Positions 14,687 to 23,298 of a DNA stretch of 64,000 bases are shown here, piece after piece (positions within the stretch are counted from its first letter, which is position 1; each line of letters begins with the position of its first letter). The notes beneath the pieces are model-generated. The model worked only from the letters and a program-made list of their open reading frames with translations. It had not been told where the DNA came from and ran no database searches. A program made the position numbers and the translations under genes. The DNA comes from Clostridia bacterium (GTDB taxonomy: Bacteria; Bacillota; Clostridia; Christensenellales; CAG-138), in the NCBI GenBank assembly GCA_017538255.1, contig JAFYJD010000009.1, positions 13,428 through 77,427 of the forward strand, in the 5' to 3' direction.

Positions 14687-15346
14687 ATGAATTATAAACG
14701 AATAATCGCGCTGTTTGTCGCGCTTGCCGCGGCGTTGGCGCTCACAGCCTGCGGGAACAAGGGCTCTAAAAACGGGCAGACACAGGATATCTACATCCTG
14801 CCGACGGGCGCGCCGACCGCCGCTACGACCGCGACGCAGGATATCTTTATCTTCCCGACCGGCGCTTCGGAAACGCCGCTCCCCGTAAACTCCACGGCAA
14901 CGCCAAAACCCACGGCAACGCCAAAACCGACGGCAACGCCCAAGCCCACGGCAACGCCCAAGCCGACCGATCCGCCGAATACCGAGCCCCCGGTAAAAGA
15001 GGACGGCGAATACAACACCAAGGACGAGGTCGCGCTCTATATCCATCTGTACGGGCACCTGCCGTCCAACTACATAACCAAGAAGCAAGCGCAGGCGCTG
15101 GGCTGGACGGGCGGAAGCCTCGAGCCGTACGCGCCCGGCAAAAGCATCGGCGGGGACTATTTCGGCAATTACGAGGGCAAACTGCCTAAAAAGAGCGGCA
15201 GAAAATACACCGAGTGCGATATCGGCACAAAGGGTAAATCGAGCCGAGGCGCAAAGCGCATCGTCTTTTCAAACGACGGGCTGATCTACTACACGAGCGA
15301 CCATTACGAAACATTCACCCTGCTATATGACGGAGGAAACCGCTGA
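14687..15346 (+). CDS. Barnase-type ribonuclease with lipoprotein signal and Pro/Thr linker
   Basis: Lipobox LALTACGN. The C-terminal domain LPSNYITKKQAQALGW...PGKSIGGDYFGNYEGKLPKKSGRKYTECDI...RIVFSNDGLIYYTSDHYETFT aligns by eye with Bacillus barnase. GGAGG RBS. Confidence 0.9.
   Translation: MNYKRIIALFVALAAALALTACGNKGSKNGQTQDIYILPTGAPTAATTATQDIFIFPTGASETPLPVNSTATPKPTATPKPTATPKPTATPKPTDPPNTEPPVKEDGEYNTKDEVALYIHLYGHLPSNYITKKQAQALGWTGGSLEPYAPGKSIGGDYFGNYEGKLPKKSGRKYTECDIGTKGKSSRGAKRIVFSNDGLIYYTSDHYETFTLLYDGGNR
14894..14965 (+). repeat. Four tandem 18-bp repeats encoding (TATPKP)4
   Basis: acggcaacgccaaaaccc x4 with synonymous variation, inside the barnase linker. Confidence 0.9.
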
Positions 15347-15630
15347 TGAAAACGGTATTTTTGGACGGAAACAGAATAGAAACCGCGGAGATGATGCACG
15401 CCGAGTTCAAGGCGGCGCTCGATTTTCCCGAGTGGTACGGCAACAATCTCGACGCGCTGCACGATCTTTTGACGGAGTCGACCGAGCCGATCGGCGTGAT
15501 ACTTGTAAACACCGATAAACTGTCCGAAGCCCTCGGTCGGCGCTGGACGGCGCTTTTGCGGCTGCTCGTCGATCTCAAGCGCAGCCGCGAACGCTTTTAT
15601 GTGCTGATGGAGCCGTTTGGCGAGGAATGA
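15346..15630 (+). CDS. Barstar (barnase inhibitor)
   Basis: MKTVFLDGNRIETAEMMHAEFKAALDFPEWYGNNLDALHDLLT matches the barstar pattern (..LPEYYGENLDALWDCLTG). The start overlaps the barnase stop (TGATG). Confidence 0.85.
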   Translation: MKTVFLDGNRIETAEMMHAEFKAALDFPEWYGNNLDALHDLLTESTEPIGVILVNTDKLSEALGRRWTALLRLLVDLKRSRERFYVLMEPFGEE

Positions 15631-15640
15631 ACGATTTTTG

Positions 15641-15670
15641 TTGACAACCGGAATAATTTGTGCATATAAT
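15641..15670 (+). promoter_or_regulatory. Sigma-A-type promoter
   Basis: TTGACA (15641-15646), 18 bp, TATAAT (15665-15670). A GC-rich bulged hairpin lies in the leader (about 15680-15712). Confidence 0.6.
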
Positions 15671-15737
15671 ATGTTTTGGAGGATGGCGTGGCGTTTTTGG
15701 CACGCGCATCCGCAGTACCGACGAAAGGAGAACCACT

Positions 15738-16232
15738 ATGAGCAATAAAGAAAACTGGAAAGACGCGGGCAAGGGTATTGGCAAGTCCTTCCTCGGGCTC
15801 GGCAAAGCGCTGCTAAAAACCGCAAGAAAGGGTATCGACGAGGTGCTCGACGATAAACCCGAAGGCGAGGAGAATACGGAAAGCCTTAAGGACAGCTGGA
15901 AAGAGGTCGGTCAGACCTTCGGCAATACGGGTAAAGCCTTTGGCAAGGCCGTAGTCGGTACCGCTTCCACCGTTGTCGACAGCCTCGAAAAGGAAGTAAA
16001 CGATATCGACGAAAAAAAGGTCGAAGAAATGATCGACGCGGAGGTCGAGGAAGTGTATGACGATATCGAAGCCGACGCGCATAAGGCGGCGGACGAAGTA
16101 AGAGCCGCGTTCAAGGATCTGCACCGGGACTTTGAAGAAGCAAAGGCGGACTTTGAGGACGCGCTCGACGACCTCAAAGAAGCAAGCGACGGCGAGGAAC
16201 TTAAAGATTATAAGGACCCCGCAGACGAGTAA
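15738..16232 (+). CDS. Acidic hypothetical protein with repeated W-K-x-x-G-x-x-x-G-K motif
   Basis: ATG at 15738 follows AAAGGAG. Starts MSNKENWKDAGKGIGKSFLGLGKAL...DSWKEVGQTFGNTGKAFGKAV, then has a long D/E/K-rich helical tail. No family assignment. Confidence 0.65.
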   Translation: MSNKENWKDAGKGIGKSFLGLGKALLKTARKGIDEVLDDKPEGEENTESLKDSWKEVGQTFGNTGKAFGKAVVGTASTVVDSLEKEVNDIDEKKVEEMIDAEVEEVYDDIEADAHKAADEVRAAFKDLHRDFEEAKADFEDALDDLKEASDGEELKDYKDPADE

Positions 16233-16254
16233 CCCCGCAACACCTAAACAGAAC

Positions 16255-16286
16255 AAAAACAAGGGTCTTTTGACCCTTGTTTTTTG
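16255..16286. terminator. Bidirectional terminator
   Basis: caagggtc-tttt-gacccttg flanked by an A-run and a T-run, between convergent genes. Confidence 0.8.
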
Positions 16287-16366
16287 CTAAAAGCCACACC
16301 TCACGGACTTTACATACCTCCGTCGCCCTTGTTGCCGCCAAATTCGCAGCCGTGGGTATGCCCGCG

Positions 16367-17143
16367 TCAAAAATCGAACACGCCCGCAAGTTTGAGTGCA
16401 AAGCGAACGAACAAAAGCCCGAGTACAAAGAACATAACGAGCCGTATTTTGGAACTGCCGCCGTTTATCGCGTAGCGCGAGCCCAGATAATTGCCGAGCA
16501 TAGAGCAGGCGGCAGCGGGTATACCGAGGGCAAAAAGCACGTCGCCGTGCATAAGGTACACGATGAGTGCGGCAATATTCGACGCAAGGTTTACGATCCG
16601 CGCACAGCCCGCGGAGCGCAGCAGGGGAAACCCGATGAACAGCGAAAACGCGAGCGTCAAAAACGTGCCTGTGCCGGGTCCGACGAGCCCGTCGTAGCAG
16701 CCGATCGCAAGCCCGATAAGCGCGGCGCGGAACTCAACTGTTCGGTTGGGAAGCGGCGGTCTGTCTTCGCCGTCGCCCGACTTTACAAAAAACAGTATAA
16801 CGGCAACTATCGGAAGCGCCGCAAGCATTATGATCTGAAGTACGGATTCCGGCAGATACACCGCAAACGATGCGCCCGCCGCGGAGCCCAAAAGCGCGAA
16901 TATCGCGGCGGGTATTGCGGCGTGCCAGTCAATATTGCCGGAGCGCGCATAGCGGTAGGACGCAAGCGACGTGCCGAAACCGCTGGCGAGTTTGTTTGTG
17001 CCCGCGGCGAGTTTTGCGGGTATGCCCGCGATAAGATATGCGGTAAGCGAGATTATCCCGCCGCCGCCCGCAACGGCGTCCACAAATCCGGCAAGCAGCA
17101 CGAGCGGACAGACTATCAAATAAGTGATCGGACCGATTTGCAT
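16367..17143 (-). CDS. TauE/SafE-family anion exporter (DUF81) membrane protein
   Basis: MQIGPITYLIVCPLVLLAGFVDAVAGGGGIISLTAYLIAGIPAKLAAGTNK is the hallmark of the family. ATG at 17143 lies 6 nt after GGAG. Confidence 0.85.
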   Translation of the reverse strand: MQIGPITYLIVCPLVLLAGFVDAVAGGGGIISLTAYLIAGIPAKLAAGTNKLASGFGTSLASYRYARSGNIDWHAAIPAAIFALLGSAAGASFAVYLPESVLQIIMLAALPIVAVILFFVKSGDGEDRPPLPNRTVEFRAALIGLAIGCYDGLVGPGTGTFLTLAFSLFIGFPLLRSAGCARIVNLASNIAALIVYLMHGDVLFALGIPAAACSMLGNYLGSRYAINGGSSKIRLVMFFVLGLLFVRFALKLAGVFDF

Positions 17144-17248
17144 AACTTTCTCCAATCTTTTGCGCCACCATTATACCATATCCGAAGCACTATTTTAACG
17201 GCGAAGCGCAAATTGACTCATACAAAATCGGATTTTTTTGAAAAAGGG

Positions 17249-17302
17249 TTGACAAACGGCGCTCTAATGTGTTAGAGTATAATCATTCTAATGCATTAGA
17301 AT
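17249..17302 (+). promoter_or_regulatory. Promoter/operator region of the blaI-blaR1-like operon with two inverted repeats
   Basis: TTGACA 17249-17254. IR1 is CTCTAATGTGTTAGAG (17262-17277). TATAAT 17278-17283. IR2 is ATTCTAATGCATTAGAAT (17285-17302), a perfect 18-bp palindrome. Both IRs share TCTAAT..ATTAGA arms. Confidence 0.6.
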
Positions 17303-17325
17303 AAGTTTTGAGAGGAAAAATCGCT

Positions 17326-17694
17326 ATGACACCGAAAATTTTTGAAAGCGAATACCGTTTCTGCCTGATCCTGTGGGAAACCGAGCCGATAAGGAGCACC
17401 GAACTTGTCAGGATCTGCGGCGAACAACTTGCTTGGAAGCCGACAACGACCTATACCGTCATCAAGCGTCTGAAAGAGCGCGGCGTGCTTGAAAACAGTT
17501 CCGGCGTCATAACTTCGCTCGTTTCCAAGGAAGAGGCGCAGCAGGCGGAGATAGACGAACTTGTCGATAAGCGCTTCGGCGGCTCGCTGCCGTCGTTCAT
17601 CGCGGCGTTCACGCGCCGAAGAAATATGACGGACGATGAGATCGCGTCCATTCAGCGTATGATCGACGCTTCAAGAAAGGGGGATGTTGTTTGA
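17326..17694 (+). CDS. BlaI/MecI/CopY-family transcriptional repressor
   Basis: Winged-helix N-terminus (CLILWETEPIRSTELVRICGEQLAWKPTTTYTVIKRLKERGVL) plus a C-terminal dimerisation helix. It overlaps the downstream M56 gene (TTGA). Confidence 0.85.
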   Translation: MTPKIFESEYRFCLILWETEPIRSTELVRICGEQLAWKPTTTYTVIKRLKERGVLENSSGVITSLVSKEEAQQAEIDELVDKRFGGSLPSFIAAFTRRRNMTDDEIASIQRMIDASRKGDVV

Positions 17695-20057
17695 ACACCG
17701 TATTTTTAAAACTGCTCAATATGAGCATCGCGGCAAGTTGGCTGATCCTTGCGGCATTCATTATAAGGCCGATACTCAAAAAAGCGCCGAAGCGCGTTGC
17801 GGTCCTTATCTGGGCGCTCGTTGCGATAAGGCTCGTTTTGCCGTTCAGCATCAAGAGCCCTTTAAGCCTTGTGCCGAGCGAAAAGACCGTCGCCCGTGCG
17901 GAAGAAAAGGGGAGTGCCATCATACTCAACTCGGGCTTCTCCTTTATAAACTCTGTGTTCGAAGCGCCGCCGTCAAACGCCGATATCATCCCCGCGGACA
18001 ATTCTGCGGTCAACCCGATGATGCCCGAAACGAGCCCCAAGACCTCGCCAAGCCTTCTTGCGGGCATTGTGGATAATGCGGGTTATATCTGGGCGGCGGG
18101 CGCAGCCGCTATGAGCCTTTACTGCGCCGTAAGTTTTATCCTGCTTTCGCGGCGCGTTCGCGGAGCGGAACACTATGAGGCCAATGTTTACATAAGTTCC
18201 GCCGCCGATACCGCGTTTGTGCTCGGCGTTGTAAAGCCGCGCATCTACTTGCCCAAAGCCGCGCCTTCGAGTTGGGAATACGCCGTCGCGCACGAGCGGG
18301 CGCATATAAAGCGCGGCGACCATATCTTCAAGATACTTGGCTTTGCGGTCTTGGCGCTGCATTGGTTCAATCCGCTCGTATGGCTCGGCTATGCGCTTCT
18401 CTGCCGCGATATCGAATCCGCCTGCGATGAAAAGGTCATCGCTTCGCTCGATACGGATTCGCGCGCCGATTATTCGCAGGCGCTGCTCGACTGCGCCGCA
18501 AAAAGGAGGAGCATAGCCGCCTGCCCGCTCGCGTTCGGCGGAACGGGCACGAAAAAACGCATCAAGGATGTGCTCAATTACAAAAAGCCCGCGTTCTTAA
18601 TCCTGCTTGCCGCGCTCGTGTTGATCGCCGCGCTTGCGGTATTCTTCTTAACGGGTCCGATGCGCAAAAAGGATACAAAAGGGGAGGATGCTATGACACA
18701 AAACATACCTAAACTGCCCGAGCGCACGCTCGATGAACTGCGCACCGGCTATACAAAAGAACAGGCTGCGATTGACGGCTGCGTGGTTATGGAAGGATCG
18801 GCTCTGCGCGCGGGCGAAAAGGTCTGGCTCGATTTCTATGAGGCTTCGCAGGCGGGTGTATCCACCGCAGTCAGGGTGTATAAGTATTATGAAGAGTCGG
18901 ATGATTATTTTGTGAGCGATATTTCGTTCGACGGCGAAAAGTACAATAGAAAGACGTGGGACAGAGATGGCGATACGGATCAATGGATTTTTAAGGATGA
19001 GAGTTTTAACTACCTTGTAAGAAGCGCATACTCGGTAAACGGAAGATCATTCGAGGACTATCTGCTTTCCGACAGCGCCGAGGTGACGGCGGAGAGATAT
19101 TGGGCAAGGATGCTCTCCTCGTTAAGTTTTCACGATGATGACGATATCTATGCTCATTGCAGAATAGCGCTTTCGATATTCCGCCAAGAGGATGAGACTG
19201 TGCTCCCGCTTGAGCAGATAAAAGAGGGCTATTCCAAAGAACAGGCGGTCAAGGACGGCTGCGTGGTTATGGACGGATCGGAGCTGCTCGCGGGCGAAAA
19301 GATCTGGCTCGATTTCTATAAGGCTTCGCAAATGGGCGAACCCGCCGCCGTTAGGGTTTATCAGTATTATGAAGAACCGGAAGATTATTTCGTAAGCGAT
19401 ATCTCGTTCAACGGCGAAAAGTACAATAGAAAGATGTGGGACAGAGAAGGCGATACGCGCCAATGGATTTTTAAGGATGATAGTTTTGACTACCTTGTAA
19501 GAAGCATCGACTCGGTGAACGGAAAGGAATTCGTGTACTACCTGCTTTCCGACAGCGCGGAGGTGACGGCGGAGAGATATTTGTCAAGGATAGTATCCTC
19601 GGTGTGCCCTCTTTTCGATGACGATATCTATGCTAATTGCACTATAGCGCTTTCGATCCGGCGCGACAACGGCATCAGAATGATCCCGGATGCCATTTAT
19701 GATGAAGCCTATATCGATCTGGACGGCGACGGCACGGCGGAAAAATGCACTCTCGGTTTTGGACCGACGTCGGGACTTTTCACATTCACGTTTACGGTGT
19801 ATAAAGATGGAGTTCAAGTATCAAGACGCATCTATTGCACGGATTTTTTGAGCGCGATAGGGTTTTTTAAGGACACGACCGGCGCGTATCGCGTCGTCGG
19901 GCTGACGCAGGTCGGATCGATATTCCAAAATATGCGCCCAGATACGCTGGATCTTTACAAGTCCTGGCGCATAGTCAAGGACGAACACGGCTACGGACTA
20001 ACTACGCTGAACGGCGAGAAGAGCGATGATTTTTACGCATGGGGAAATCTGGGTTGA
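17691..20057 (+). CDS. BlaR1/MecR1-like M56 peptidase (signal transducer) with non-PBP extracellular region
   Basis: N-terminal TM helices and the HEXXH motif AHERAHIKRGDH. After the last TM come two ~160-aa repeats and a C-terminal DLDGDGTAE-containing module. No penicillin-binding (SxxK) sensor is visible. Confidence 0.85.
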   Translation: MNTVFLKLLNMSIAASWLILAAFIIRPILKKAPKRVAVLIWALVAIRLVLPFSIKSPLSLVPSEKTVARAEEKGSAIILNSGFSFINSVFEAPPSNADIIPADNSAVNPMMPETSPKTSPSLLAGIVDNAGYIWAAGAAAMSLYCAVSFILLSRRVRGAEHYEANVYISSAADTAFVLGVVKPRIYLPKAAPSSWEYAVAHERAHIKRGDHIFKILGFAVLALHWFNPLVWLGYALLCRDIESACDEKVIASLDTDSRADYSQALLDCAAKRRSIAACPLAFGGTGTKKRIKDVLNYKKPAFLILLAALVLIAALAVFFLTGPMRKKDTKGEDAMTQNIPKLPERTLDELRTGYTKEQAAIDGCVVMEGSALRAGEKVWLDFYEASQAGVSTAVRVYKYYEESDDYFVSDISFDGEKYNRKTWDRDGDTDQWIFKDESFNYLVRSAYSVNGRSFEDYLLSDSAEVTAERYWARMLSSLSFHDDDDIYAHCRIALSIFRQEDETVLPLEQIKEGYSKEQAVKDGCVVMDGSELLAGEKIWLDFYKASQMGEPAAVRVYQYYEEPEDYFVSDISFNGEKYNRKMWDREGDTRQWIFKDDSFDYLVRSIDSVNGKEFVYYLLSDSAEVTAERYLSRIVSSVCPLFDDDIYANCTIALSIRRDNGIRMIPDAIYDEAYIDLDGDGTAEKCTLGFGPTSGLFTFTFTVYKDGVQVSRRIYCTDFLSAIGFFKDTTGAYRVVGLTQVGSIFQNMRPDTLDLYKSWRIVKDEHGYGLTTLNGEKSDDFYAWGNLG
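18747..19660 (+). repeat. Tandem duplication, period 480 bp, inside the M56 sensor region
   Basis: gacggctgcgtggttatgga occurs at 18774 and 19254. acgatatctatgct is at 19141 and 19621. acggcgaaaagtacaatagaaaga is present in both copies. Identity is high at nucleotide level by eye. Confidence 0.9.
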
Positions 20058-20097
20058 TACCGATCTTTCTTGAATACATAGAATAAGCGAATAATAT

Positions 20098-20128
20098 GAA
20101 AAAGCGGAGGCGCAAGCCTCCGCTTTAT
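20098..20128. terminator. Bidirectional terminator between the M56 gene and pnp
   Basis: agcggaggc-gcaa-gcctccgct hairpin with A-run and T-rich flanks. Confidence 0.8.
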
Positions 20129-20139
20129 TGATGCGTTTT

Positions 20140-22233
20140 TCAGTTGTTGTCCTCGGGGATGAGGCCCTTGCGGGTGAGGTCGATCTTTCCGTCGGGCTTG
20201 ATGTCGATAACGCGGACGAGGATCTCGTCGCCGATCGCAACAACGTCTTCGACCTTTTCAACACGCTTGTTGGAAAGTTTGGAGATGTGCACAAGGCCCT
20301 TCTTGCCGGGCTTGAGTTCGACCTGAGCGCCGATGGGCAGGATGTTGACGACCTTGCCGAGCAGTACGTCGCCGACCTCGATGTCGCGAACGATGTTGTC
20401 GATGATCTGCCTTGCCTTATCGGCCGCCGCGGCGTCGGTGCTGGCGATGAACACGCGGCCGTCGTCCTCGATGTCGATCTTAACGCCGGTTTCGGCGATG
20501 ATGCCGTTGATGGTCTTGCCGCCGCTGCCGATGACCTCGCGGATCTTATCGGGATGGATGGTGAACTGCATAATACGCGGAGCAAAGGGCGAGAGTTCCG
20601 CACGGGGCTCGCTGATCGTCTCCATCATCTTATCGAGGATGTAGAGCCTGCCCTGGCGCGCCTGCTCAAGAGCGCGGGTGAGGATCTTTTCGTCGATGCC
20701 CTTGATCTTGATATCCATCTGGATGGCGGTGATGCCCTCGGTCGTACCCGCGACCTTGAAGTCCATATCGCCCATAAAGTCCTCAAGACCCTGGATATCG
20801 GTAAGTATTGCGATATTGCCGGTCTCCTCGTCCTTGATAAGACCCATCGCGCAGCCCGCCACGGGCGCCTTGATCGGCACGCCCGCATCCATAAGCGCAA
20901 GGGTGCTGCCGCAGATCGAAGCCTGCGAGGTTGAGCCGTTCGAGGAAACGACCTCGGAAACGAGGCGGATCGCGTAGGGGAACTCATTTTCGTCGGGGAT
21001 CACGGGCAGGAGCGCGCGTTCCGCGAGTGCGCCATGACCGATCTCACGTCTGCCGGGGCTGCCGAGGCGCTTTACCTCGCCCGTGGAATACGGGGGCATA
21101 TTGTAGTGGTGGATATAACGCTTGAAATCCTCTTCGCCGATGCCGTCGATCGTCTGCCCGTCGCCGAGGGTGCCGAGCGCCGCGATGGTCATGACCTGGG
21201 TCTGACCGCGGGTGAATACGGCGCTGCCGTGGGTGCGGGGCAGGATGCCGACCTCGCTCCAGATATGGCGGATGTCGGTATGCTTTCTGCCGTCGGGACG
21301 GATGCCGCGGTTGATGATCTTATCGCGCAGGATCTCCTTCATAAGGTTGTAAAGGATGCCGTCGATATCCGCCGCGGAATCGGGATATTCCTCGCTGAAA
21401 TGCTCGATGGTTTCGGCCTTTACGAGGGCGGTGCGCTCCTCGCGCTCCTTGCGGTCAAAGGTGTCAAGCTGCCATTCGACCCTTTCGCGGGCGTAGGCGA
21501 TGACCTTTTCTTTAAGTTCCTCGTCGGGGGTGTGGATCTCGGGAACGAGTTTTTCCTTGCCGACTTCGGCCTGGATCTCGCCGATCCACGCGACGATCTT
21601 TTTGATGTATTCGTGGCCGAGCAGGATCGCGTCCAGCATCTCTTTTTCGGTGACCTCGTTCGCGCCCGCTTCAACCATCATAACGGCGTCCTTGGTGCCG
21701 GCGACGGTGAGCGCGAGGCGGCTCTTGGCGCGCTGCTCGCTGTCGGGGTTGATAACATATTCGCCGTCGACCATACCGACGGATACCGCGCCGATGGGGC
21801 CGGCAAAGGGCGCTTCGCTGATGGAAAGCGCGATCGACGCGCCGTTCATAGCGAGGATATCGGGCTGGATGTCGTTTTCAACGCTCATCGCGGTCGCAAC
21901 GACCTGAACGTCGTTATAAAAGCCCTTTGGGAACAGCGGACGGATGGGGCGGTCGATGAGCCTGCTCGTCAGGATCGCCTTTTCGGAAGGGCGACCTTCG
22001 CGCTTGATGAAGCCGCCGGGGATCTTGCCCGCCGCGTACATTTTTTCTTCGTAGTCGCAGCTGAGGGGGAGAAAATCTGCGCCGTCGCGCGCCTGCTTGG
22101 CAACCGTCGCGCATACAAGAAGCGCGGTGTAGCCGCAGCGGATCAGTATCGATCCGCCCGCCTGCTCGGCGTACTTGCCCGTTTCAACGGTGATGGTACG
22201 ACCCGCAAGCTCGAGTGAGAATGTCTTTTGCAT
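20140..22233 (-). CDS. pnp: Polyribonucleotide nucleotidyltransferase (PNPase)
   Basis: Full-length match by eye: two RNase PH domains, KH and S1 domains (..[20 protein letters not shown]..). Confidence 0.97.
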   Translation of the reverse strand: MQKTFSLELAGRTITVETGKYAEQAGGSILIRCGYTALLVCATVAKQARDGADFLPLSCDYEEKMYAAGKIPGGFIKREGRPSEKAILTSRLIDRPIRPLFPKGFYNDVQVVATAMSVENDIQPDILAMNGASIALSISEAPFAGPIGAVSVGMVDGEYVINPDSEQRAKSRLALTVAGTKDAVMMVEAGANEVTEKEMLDAILLGHEYIKKIVAWIGEIQAEVGKEKLVPEIHTPDEELKEKVIAYARERVEWQLDTFDRKEREERTALVKAETIEHFSEEYPDSAADIDGILYNLMKEILRDKIINRGIRPDGRKHTDIRHIWSEVGILPRTHGSAVFTRGQTQVMTIAALGTLGDGQTIDGIGEEDFKRYIHHYNMPPYSTGEVKRLGSPGRREIGHGALAERALLPVIPDENEFPYAIRLVSEVVSSNGSTSQASICGSTLALMDAGVPIKAPVAGCAMGLIKDEETGNIAILTDIQGLEDFMGDMDFKVAGTTEGITAIQMDIKIKGIDEKILTRALEQARQGRLYILDKMMETISEPRAELSPFAPRIMQFTIHPDKIREVIGSGGKTINGIIAETGVKIDIEDDGRVFIASTDAAAADKARQIIDNIVRDIEVGDVLLGKVVNILPIGAQVELKPGKKGLVHISKLSNKRVEKVEDVVAIGDEILVRVIDIKPDGKIDLTRKGLIPEDNN

Positions 22234-22402
22234 TTTAATTATATCCTTTCAATTACTTCCTAAGTGATGATGGGGGCGGTCTTGACCGCCTATCCGCGCT
22301 TCAGGGAATGGATTCAGCCGTTCTGCCGCAAACGCGGCTTGATGTGAACGGGGAAATCCGTTCCCTGAAAATCATAATGCGGCGGGGTATAACCTTTTAA
22401 AA

Positions 22403-22431
22403 GGAAGGCGGGTACTCCATCCCCGCCTTCC
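22403..22431 (-). terminator. Hairpin/terminator between rpsO and pnp
   Basis: ggaaggcgg...ccgccttcc inverted repeat followed on the minus strand by TTTTAAAAGG. This is the classic rpsO-pnp intergenic attenuator position. Confidence 0.6.
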
Positions 22432-22444
22432 AATTTCGGATAGA

Positions 22445-22708
22445 TTATTTCCTGATGCCGAGAGCCGCGATGATAGCCCTGTAGCGCTCGATGTCAACTT
22501 CCTTGAGGTAGTTCAGAAGACCGCGGCGCTTACCGACCATCTTCAAAAGACCACGGCGGGAGTGGTTATCCTTTTGGTGGGTCTTGAGGTGCTCGGTGAG
22601 ATGTGCGATGCGCTCGGAAAGCAGAGCGATCTGCACCTCGGGGGAACCTGTGTCGCCCTCGTGAAGAGCGTACTTTTCAATGATCTCGTTTTTGCGTTCT
22701 TTTTCCAT
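22445..22708 (-). CDS. rpsO: 30S ribosomal protein S15
   Basis: [71 protein letters not shown] at 22708 follows AAGGAGG. Confidence 0.95.
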   Translation of the reverse strand: MEKERKNEIIEKYALHEGDTGSPEVQIALLSERIAHLTEHLKTHQKDNHSRRGLLKMVGKRRGLLNYLKEVDIERYRAIIAALGIRK

Positions 22709-22955
22709 TTTAAGAACCTCCTTGTTATGTATTCCCGTGTCTCTGCGTAAGCGCCGGAGTTCTCGCAAAACGAAGGGACCGGAGCGCCGCTAAGCGGCGT
22801 ATTGCATTTGCGCACATACCTGTCCGCATAATACAACACCTTATTCTAACACACAAGCATACGCTTGTAAAGTATTTTTTGTTAAAATCGCGGCCAAAGG
22901 GCGCGAAAATCCAATATATTTGATGTAAAAAACCGTACTTTTGATGAATATGCCG

Positions 22956-23165
22956 TCAATCCCTGTTCGGCTTGTCGGAAAGCTCAAGCAGATAATCCGA
23001 ACTCACATTATAAAAGCGCGCAAGGAGAATCAAAACCGCGGTCGGAATATCGCGCTGACCGAGTTCGTAATTGCTGTATACCTGCTGGGAACAGTTGAGC
23101 ATATTGGCGACCTGCTTTTGCGTCAGGTCGTTATCCTCTCTCAATTCTCTAATCCGCTTGAACAT
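22956..23165 (-). CDS. XRE-family helix-turn-helix regulator (69 aa)
   Basis: MFKRIRELREDNDLTQKQVANMLNCSQQVYSNYELGQRDIPTAVLILLARFYNVSSDYLL is a canonical Cro/C1-type HTH. Confidence 0.85.
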   Translation of the reverse strand: MFKRIRELREDNDLTQKQVANMLNCSQQVYSNYELGQRDIPTAVLILLARFYNVSSDYLLELSDKPNRD

Positions 23166-23212
23166 AGCCGCAGTTTTCCCCTAATATCGGTTCGGAATAC
23201 GAAAATTATACC

Positions 23213-23259
23213 TTACCGCATATTGTTGTATTGACTTTTACCGCAAATTGCAGTACAAT
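23213..23259 (+). promoter_or_regulatory. Promoter of the Zn-ribbon membrane gene flanked by a 13-bp direct repeat
   Basis: TTGACT (23231-23236), 17 bp, TACAAT (23254-23259). TTACCGCATATTG (23213-23225) and TTACCGCAAATTG (23238-23250) bracket and overlap the -35 and are candidate XRE operators. Confidence 0.5.
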
Positions 23260-23298
23260 AATTGAGGATGATCCAAAAACAATAAAGGGGGATACAAA

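Noticed and set aside
14894-14965. Short tandem repeats here, and at 52346-52400 and 56673-57573, as a possible CRISPR or minisatellite
   Set aside because: All lie in-frame inside well-supported genes and encode Pro/Thr linkers or YD repeats. There are no unique spacers and no cas genes.
16277-17275. 332-aa plus-strand ORF
   Set aside because: It is antisense to the TauE/SafE gene. The product is an Arg/Lys-rich nonsense-like sequence.
20128-22218. Several plus-strand ORFs (268 aa, 394 aa and others)
   Set aside because: They are antisense shadows of pnp.
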